The translations under genes were made by a program, and so were the position numbers. Positions 57,696 to 64,000 of a stretch of DNA of 64,000 bases are shown one piece after another. Every line of letters starts with the position of its first letter. Position 1 is the stretch's first letter. A model generated the notes under the pieces. It was not told the DNA's origin. It made no database searches and saw only the letters and a program-made list of their open reading frames with translations. Where the stretch lies: the NCBI GenBank assembly GCA_950097015.1, contig CATNEN010000001.1:22444001-22508000 (forward strand), read 5' to 3'. The DNA comes from Macrostomum hystrix. Lineage: Eukaryota > Animalia > Platyhelminthes.

Positions 57696-60584
57696 GTGAA
57701 TCAACTAACTCTAACAACACTGACACGAGCAGTGCTTCTCAAAAAGCAAAAACCAACCGTGAAAGGCAATAGCTCTAAATTCAATGAAAACGAATTAGCC
57801 ATTCTGCACCTTAACTGTAACAGCATCTGGAATAAAATCTGGGAACTTAGAGACTATTTGAGAAATCACAACATAGACATTGCACTCCTCTCTGAGACAA
57901 CTCTCAAGGAACCCGATCACGTACACTTTCCTGGCTACTCAACAATCAGACTAGACACACCTCAATGTAGACGTGGTCTACTCATCGCTCACCGTGAGTT
58001 CATCAAAGTCAGCACTGTCTGTGCTCACTACGACGGGACCAATCATGAATACATCTCTATCACCATCGACACCAACGGCAACGGAAACGAGCTTCCTCAA
58101 CTTACCATCACCCTCTTCTATAGGGCACCAACACCGGAGACTCTCAACACCAACATCCTTGACACTCTTCTATCATCGACTCACAGCCTCATTCTTGGAG
58201 ACTTCAACTGCAGAATGGCGGCTCTACAGGGCGAAAGCCCAGAAAACTTCACAGGTAAAGAACTCTACCACTGGCTCACCGAATCTGATTCACCTCCTGT
58301 TCTTCTCAACGAACCAGGACAATTCACGAGATACGCAAAAAGAGCGGAGAAACATCTAGGCAACGTGCTCGACCTAGGCATCTGCACAAAGGATCTTGCA
58401 CCATACATCAGTCACTTTGAAATAATCGACGACCTCAACAGTGACCATCTCCCTCAACTTGTCAAAATCTCAATCAAACCAAAAAACAAAAAGCCTCTGG
58501 GTCCACCCAAATGCTACAATAAAACAGACTGGGAAAAATTTCATATAGAGTTAGAAGACAAGATCACAACACTGTGGAATAGCGACTTCAACCCGAGAAC
58601 AACACACGAGATCGACACGGCCATCGACACATTCACCGACGTCCTCAAGCTCACCATCGACAAGGTAGTGCCAAACTTCAGCGGCAGAGAAGAACTACCT
58701 CAGCACATCATCCAGCTCATCAGGAATAGGCGTAGACTTAGGAAGCTGTACCACCAAACTAGAATAGATGAATTCAGAGTCTCAGCCAACGGACTAGCAT
58801 CGCAGATCAGGAAGGAGATCCAGCACTACAGGGTCAGCAGATTCAACAACCTGTGCGACAAAATCACTCAAGCCAGTCTAAAATTTAACAATAACAAATT
58901 TTGGAGGGATATCCGTATCATAATGGGCACCCAAAGGCAACCAACTAAATTTCCAAACTTAGTTTACAATAATGCTACTGCCTACACGGACTATGATAAA
59001 GCTAACCTACTAGCTAAATCACTCAATGACAAAATGAGGCCAGAACCTAGTACCTCTAGGAGTTTTGTGAACAAAGTGGCCACCATCACTAGCAATAGCA
59101 CCAACTTCCAGCCGCTAAACAACCTAGACCCCAACCAAATACAATCCGAGGAAACAAACACCTATCTCACGGAACCAATAAGAATAGCAGACGTCACCTG
59201 GGAATTAGCTCACCTTAGGTCAGGAGGAGCCCCGGGACCGGATGGTATTCCCAACATCATCCTCAAGAAAGGTCTCAGCCCATCATCCATCATAGTGCTC
59301 ACCAAAATCCTAGACAACTGTCTCAAACTAGGCTATTTCCCAAAAGCCTGGAAAATAGCCCACACCACTATGCTCCACAAACCAGAAAAACCCAAAAAAG
59401 ACCCACTCAGTTACAGGCCCATCAGTCTTACCTCCTGCATAGGAAAAGTGTTTGAGAAAATCCTGAAAAGGCGGCTGTATAAATTTCTAGAAGAAAATAA
59501 CACACTGGGACACAACCAATGTGCCTATAGAGAGAGGCACTGCTCGTATGACAACCTAGCCAGACTTGTCCATGACATAATGGAAGGAAAAACAAAAAAC
59601 AGATCAACTATCGGAGTATTCTTTGATGTGGAAGGAGCCTTTGATAAAATCTGGCATGACGCACTACGCTACAGACTCCAAAAGATCAAGCTACCCACCA
59701 GGTTGACTAGGATCTTCTCCAACTACATGTCAGACCGTGAGATCGCTGTGAGAGTAAACGGTCAACTCAGTGAATACTTCACGCCTGAGGCTGGAGTTCC
59801 TCAGGGCGGAGTTCTCAGCCCCATCCTATTCCTCATTGTGGTTGCCACAATGCCCAAACCCAAAGACATCAGAGTTAGAGCCAGTCAGTTCGCCGACGAC
59901 ACATCAATCTGGTGCCAGTCACTCAAAGCCAGTGTAGCTGCCAAACTCATTCAAGACTTCATCGAAGACTACCAAAAATGGCTAGGAAAATATGGCATCA
60001 AAGTCAATCCTAGCAAGAGCAAAGCCATCGCCTTCATCCACAGAACCAAGAACTTCGGTCAGCCTCCTCCTATCACCTTCAACGGGACCGTCATCAACTA
60101 TCAACCTGGTGTCAAATTCCTTGGAGTCACTCTTGATCCTCAACTCATTCTCACTGCTCACTGCTCCAACATTCTCAAAACCTGCGATCTGAGAGTCCTA
60201 CAACTGCTCAGAGTAGCACAACTCACCAGAGCCACCACCAACTCACTCATCGCCATCTACAGAGCCTACATCGAAAGCATCATCACCTATGCCTCACCTA
60301 TCCTCACTCTTCTTGGCAAAAGCTACCTTGGCAAACTGCAAATTATCCAAAATCGTGCTCTGCGTCACTGCCATAGCGCACCAAAATATTGCAAGGCCTC
60401 CTTCCTGCAAAAACTTTCTAAAGTAGAACCAATTAAGGCAAGAATCGATGACCTAGCCAGTAGGTGGTTCCTGCGGGCTAAGGCCAACAAAATTCACGGA
60501 CTAGAAAGCGTGACAGACATCTCGCTAGCAAAAAGGACCAGAGTACCTCTGTTCCAACAACTGAAAAAGCTTAGTGAAAAATAG
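57696..60584 (+). CDS. LINE ORF2: AP endonuclease plus reverse transcriptase (no RNase H); start codon problematic
   Basis: HLNCNSI, LLSET, LGDFN, VLDL, SDH; APGPDGI, YRPISLTS, DVEGAFD, GVPQGGVLSP, QFADD, KFLGVTLD, LQIIQNRALR. Confidence 0.95.
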   Translation: MNQLTLTTLTRAVLLKKQKPTVKGNSSKFNENELAILHLNCNSIWNKIWELRDYLRNHNIDIALLSETTLKEPDHVHFPGYSTIRLDTPQCRRGLLIAHREFIKVSTVCAHYDGTNHEYISITIDTNGNGNELPQLTITLFYRAPTPETLNTNILDTLLSSTHSLILGDFNCRMAALQGESPENFTGKELYHWLTESDSPPVLLNEPGQFTRYAKRAEKHLGNVLDLGICTKDLAPYISHFEIIDDLNSDHLPQLVKISIKPKNKKPLGPPKCYNKTDWEKFHIELEDKITTLWNSDFNPRTTHEIDTAIDTFTDVLKLTIDKVVPNFSGREELPQHIIQLIRNRRRLRKLYHQTRIDEFRVSANGLASQIRKEIQHYRVSRFNNLCDKITQASLKFNNNKFWRDIRIIMGTQRQPTKFPNLVYNNATAYTDYDKANLLAKSLNDKMRPEPSTSRSFVNKVATITSNSTNFQPLNNLDPNQIQSEETNTYLTEPIRIADVTWELAHLRSGGAPGPDGIPNIILKKGLSPSSIIVLTKILDNCLKLGYFPKAWKIAHTTMLHKPEKPKKDPLSYRPISLTSCIGKVFEKILKRRLYKFLEENNTLGHNQCAYRERHCSYDNLARLVHDIMEGKTKNRSTIGVFFDVEGAFDKIWHDALRYRLQKIKLPTRLTRIFSNYMSDREIAVRVNGQLSEYFTPEAGVPQGGVLSPILFLIVVATMPKPKDIRVRASQFADDTSIWCQSLKASVAAKLIQDFIEDYQKWLGKYGIKVNPSKSKAIAFIHRTKNFGQPPPITFNGTVINYQPGVKFLGVTLDPQLILTAHCSNILKTCDLRVLQLLRVAQLTRATTNSLIAIYRAYIESIITYASPILTLLGKSYLGKLQIIQNRALRHCHSAPKYCKASFLQKLSKVEPIKARIDDLASRWFLRAKANKIHGLESVTDISLAKRTRVPLFQQLKKLSEK

Positions 60585-61754
60585 AGAGGAAACACTCAAG
60601 CCCAGATGGCCAAATATTAATTTAAATGTTAACTTTCATTGCTTACTACTCACTAACTACTTACATTCTACTTATATATGCCATGATAAATTTAACTATG
60701 CCAACAATTGCCTACTAACTAAAATTGCATGTAAAACCAAAAAGGAACATGCTGGAGTCATAAACTACACTAATAATACCATCTGGGTCAGCTCAGAAGC
60801 AAATGGTAAAAACCGACCCAACTCTCTTATATAGGCACACCGTCAACCATTGCTATATTATATAGACCAGACTGTTCTCACCCCCCTACATGGTGGTAAG
60901 AAATTTAGTCAACAAAAACTTAGCTCGCTACTTACAGTAGACCTTGCATGTTCCTAAATTTAATAAATTAACTCAGAATTAATTATAATTCTTAAACGGT
61001 CCTGTGCAGGCGGGGGTTTTTGGTGGGGGTTTTTCACACCTCAGACCTTCGATCAAATCAAAATAATAATCAATAACTAAGCCAAAAATGCCGAAATTAT
61101 GATAAACTCTAAAAGTCAAAGTCCAAAATTAACTCAACTTTGTGATATCCCGCGCACTGAGGTGTTTTCCCACACCTTTGTTCCCTCGCACTCTGCACAC
61201 GACCCTTGTTTTATTTGTTTTATAATAGATTTGCACCCATTTTCCTGTTATTTGCTCACCATGCATGCCTATCTTTGCCTACGTGAATGCCCAAAACTTC
61301 AGAAAAGTAACAATCCAAACTCAAATACAATTTATAATTTAGTAGCGTAAGAGCTTCGGCTGATGCGCGGGGAGCAGGTGTTAAACCCTGTGTTTTACCC
61401 CAAACATAGTAACAACAACTCCAGTCTTCATGCCGCTCGGAACCGTTTGTGCTTACACTCTGTGTCCATTCTTTTGGCTCTAAGATCTTAGACAATTCTT
61501 GTTGGTCTAGGTCACACACTGCATTTAGAAGCTTGGTGTGTCACCCGATCAAGCATAAGATCTGAGAGTTTAGCTAGGACGTGGACTAAGTAGAAGAAGT
61601 CACGAGAGAACTTAGCTGTCTAAGCCTGACTACCGGATTGTTCCTCTGCTAGGAAGCATCTGAGTGTGAGGCCGGATACTCTCTCTCTCGGAATCTAGTT
61701 CCTGTCTTGGTTATTTTTACCAATTGTGTGTGCCACGCTACCACAGGTACAACA

Positions 61755-62335
61755 CTAATGTGAACTTGTTTCCGAATAAATACTGATGAAACTTCTTAAT
61801 CCCAAAAACAATAGAAAGGGCTTCTTTCTCCAACTGTTAGTAGTTTTGTTCAGCTGATGACAGAGTCCTTGATGCGTAGCAAATGCGCATTTCAACTCCA
61901 TCTGACAGTGTGTGAGACAGAACACATCCAAGTCCATACTTCGACGCATCGGTGTGTAGAACAATCGGTTTCTTCGGATCAAAATGTACCAGCAGTCTAT
62001 CAGATGTTAATACTGACTTCACAGATTCCAAAGCTGATTGACACTGACTGTCCCATCTAAATGTCGCATCGTTGCTGAGCAGTCGATTTATCGGGGACAA
62101 AACAGATGACAAGTTTAGGATGAACTTCCCGTAGTAGTTTATGAGCCCAACCAAAGATCTTACTTCGGACACGCTGCTAGGGTTTGGCGCATTTCGCACA
62201 GCATTGACCTTGTCTGGCGATGGGTGCAACCTGTCACAGTCGATTATGTGACCCTTGAATTCTACCTTCTGCAGTCGTCTTTGCACTTGTCTTTGTTGAG
62301 TTTGACACCCCAGGACTGCAATACTTTCAGTACTT
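61755..62335 (-). pseudogene. Old gypsy pol fragment (RT end and RNase H), 5' part of the element split by the younger gypsy
   Basis: [54 protein letters not shown] joins across the CTAA TSD to VTDHKPL at 42736. Confidence 0.9.
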
Positions 62336-62835
62336 TGTGTATCTTCTGATTAATGTTGCTTTTTTAGTTACATTTGCAAGATTATTTTTTGCTACATTAA
62401 ATTATGATTGTTCTGTTTTTGGTACTTATGGCCTTGAAATCGTAGCTGTCATTTTCTTCTAAAATAAACATCGACTCGACACAGTTTCTTACTAAACTTT
62501 TTTTACAAAGAGTGCTTTAATTATACTTTTAACTGAAACAGAATTTTTGTTGATACAGTTTTCGTTTTTTGTACATTTAATATAGATTTATAACTAAAAT
62601 CACGATAACTTAGAGAAGGATTCCTTACCTTGAGCAACCCGATTTTGACAAGGAAATGTACTTTTTTATACTATTTAAATAAAATCTCGACAATGGCAAT
62701 GAATCTCATTCGAGCAGTAAGTAGCAGCTTTCATTGGCTCAGGAGCTTTTGCTATTTTGCTCGATATTCAATATTCCAACAACCGCCATGTACCAACTTC
62801 TATTTTTTTATACTTATGTTCTCTCTCTCAAATAG

Positions 62836-63406
62836 GTAGCGCGGCAACAGGCGAGGCGTCTCTGTTCCGAACCATCTGTACGCTACGAAATCAATGAGCT
62901 GATCGCGCGGAATTTTCAAGGCCGCTTCAACAGAACAGGCGGGAAGGGCGATCAAGAAAACTCCAAACTTTCTTTCGATACCTGTGGCGAAATTCTGAAA
63001 GGTTTGTACAATGTTCATTGGCTATGTGCATATTGCTATAACTAGAAAATTTGAATTTCAAGATCCAAAATCATAAATTTCGTTTAATAATCGAAATTAT
63101 GAACTCTAAAAATTATAAAGTAAAGCTGTCCTGATTTTAAATATTTTTTCTGCTGCGATGTACCGTTAAGCCTTTACTTACTGCATGTTAATAGACCCAC
63201 TGTAGTTAATAAACCCACTTTTACCTTCAGATTGTCCAGATGCCCTGTCGCCCAAGTTTTCTTTTGAAAAGATCCACAAGGCCATCCAAGGTTTTTTATG
63301 GTGTCTGAAAGCGGAGAAGCGCGCGCACAACAGTCGCGATGCAGAAGCGGCAGAGCAGAGAGGCGCATCCTGTAGCGACGAGTCTACAGCCGGCGATTCG
63401 GAGTAA
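62836..63406 (+). CDS. Two phase-compatible exons (62836-63001, 63231-63406) of an unknown gene, possibly a DNA-transposon accessory gene
   Basis: AG/GT boundaries with phase 1 conserved; reads ..FQGRFNRTGGKG..KLSFDTCGEILKDC..IHKAIQGFL.., loosely reminiscent of DUF4806/BEN-like proteins; no upstream exon found. Confidence 0.3.
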
Positions 63407-63459
63407 CTGATCGCCAGTTGAACTACTAATTCAGGTGAACTACTCAGGTGAGAGAAATT

Positions 63460-63705
63460 GTGGCTTCATTACGCTCTTCCCGATCTTTTGGCGCCTGGGA
63501 TAAAGCCAACGAATTTTAGAAAAAAATGGGGACGCCACACCACCCTCAATTACCCCAGCTAATGCTTGTACCCATTTGGGTGAGCTGAAGCAATGCTGAG
63601 TTAAGTGTCTAGCTAAAGGACACAAGTTGTACTAGTGTTGTCAGGAATCGAACCTCCCTGCCTTTAAGCGTGAGTGCGACGCTCTAACTTCTAGGCTACA
63701 ACCTC
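63460..63705 (-). mobile_element. Second tRNA-derived SINE family with a CORE-like central domain
   Basis: Head GAGGTTGTAGCCTAGAAG...GGTTCGATTCC, then TGTGTCCTTTAGCTAGACACTTAACTC..TGCTTCAG..AAATGGGTAC; 3' boundary approximate. Confidence 0.6.
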
Positions 63706-64000
63706 TTAGTAGCTAGATATTATATTATTTGCTAGAAAACTAACTGCTTTGAAAGTTATCTTTCCACACAAAGTATCTCAAACTTAACTTATTGGCAAGC
63801 TTAACTTAACCTTTCACAGGGTAGAAAAGGATGATTGCTGATTAAATGTTTTATATATTCGCTGTGAGTTTAGATTTTTTCTAAAAAAGGGGTCAACGAT
63901 TGCGCCGCGTAGTTCATACACAACGCGGTATCCAAGTGAACATCTCCAAGCCATTTCATTAAATCTTGGCCTACTGCACGATGAAATAATCGCTGAAACA

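Larger units (their letters stand above)
54071..61418 (+). mobile_element. Apparently full-length LINE (APE-type, Jockey-like) with an AlkB-domain ORF1
   Basis: 16-bp TSD CTCCAGTCTTCATGCC (54055-54070 and 61419-61434), 929-nt 5' UTR, ORF1, ORF2, about 830-nt 3' UTR, short (AAC)n tail. Confidence 0.95.
42737..61754 (+). mobile_element. Full-length three-ORF Ty3/gypsy LTR retrotransposon; 3' LTR split by a LINE and a 2508-bp duplication
   Basis: 5' LTR 42737-43402 (666 bp); 3' LTR starts at 51217 (again at 53725) and is completed at 61419-61754; 4-bp TSD CTAA; PBS at 43404; PPT GGAGGAGAA. Confidence 0.95.

Noticed and set aside
63630-63705. Functional tRNA gene
   Set aside because: A/B boxes are present, but acceptor and anticodon stems do not close properly and a SINE-like body follows

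Overview
Eukaryotic (metazoan invertebrate) genomic DNA with spliceosomal introns, many minisatellites and GC-rich coding sequence. This style resembles a free-living flatworm such as Macrostomum, but that is inference only. The left third holds host genes: a multi-exon GABA-B receptor subunit (5' end off-window), an ANKRD39-like ankyrin gene, a two-exon aquaglyceroporin and a BTB-domain gene, interspersed with tRNA-derived SINEs and minisatellites. A 7.5-kb 8-bp satellite follows, then a transposon cluster: an intact single-ORF Ty3/gypsy element, a decayed Tc1/IS630-type element with a solo LTR inside its TIR, a second solo LTR, and a three-level nest. In the nest an old gypsy pol is split by a young three-ORF gypsy, whose 3' LTR is split by a 7.35-kb LINE. 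The standout is this LINE: its ORF1 carries an ALKBH2/3-type 2OG-Fe(II) dioxygenase domain with all catalytic residues present, fused upstream of the usual zinc knuckles. It is a Jockey-like non-LTR retrotransposon with a putative self-encoded nucleic-acid demethylase. No database searches were run, so all novelty claims are unverified.
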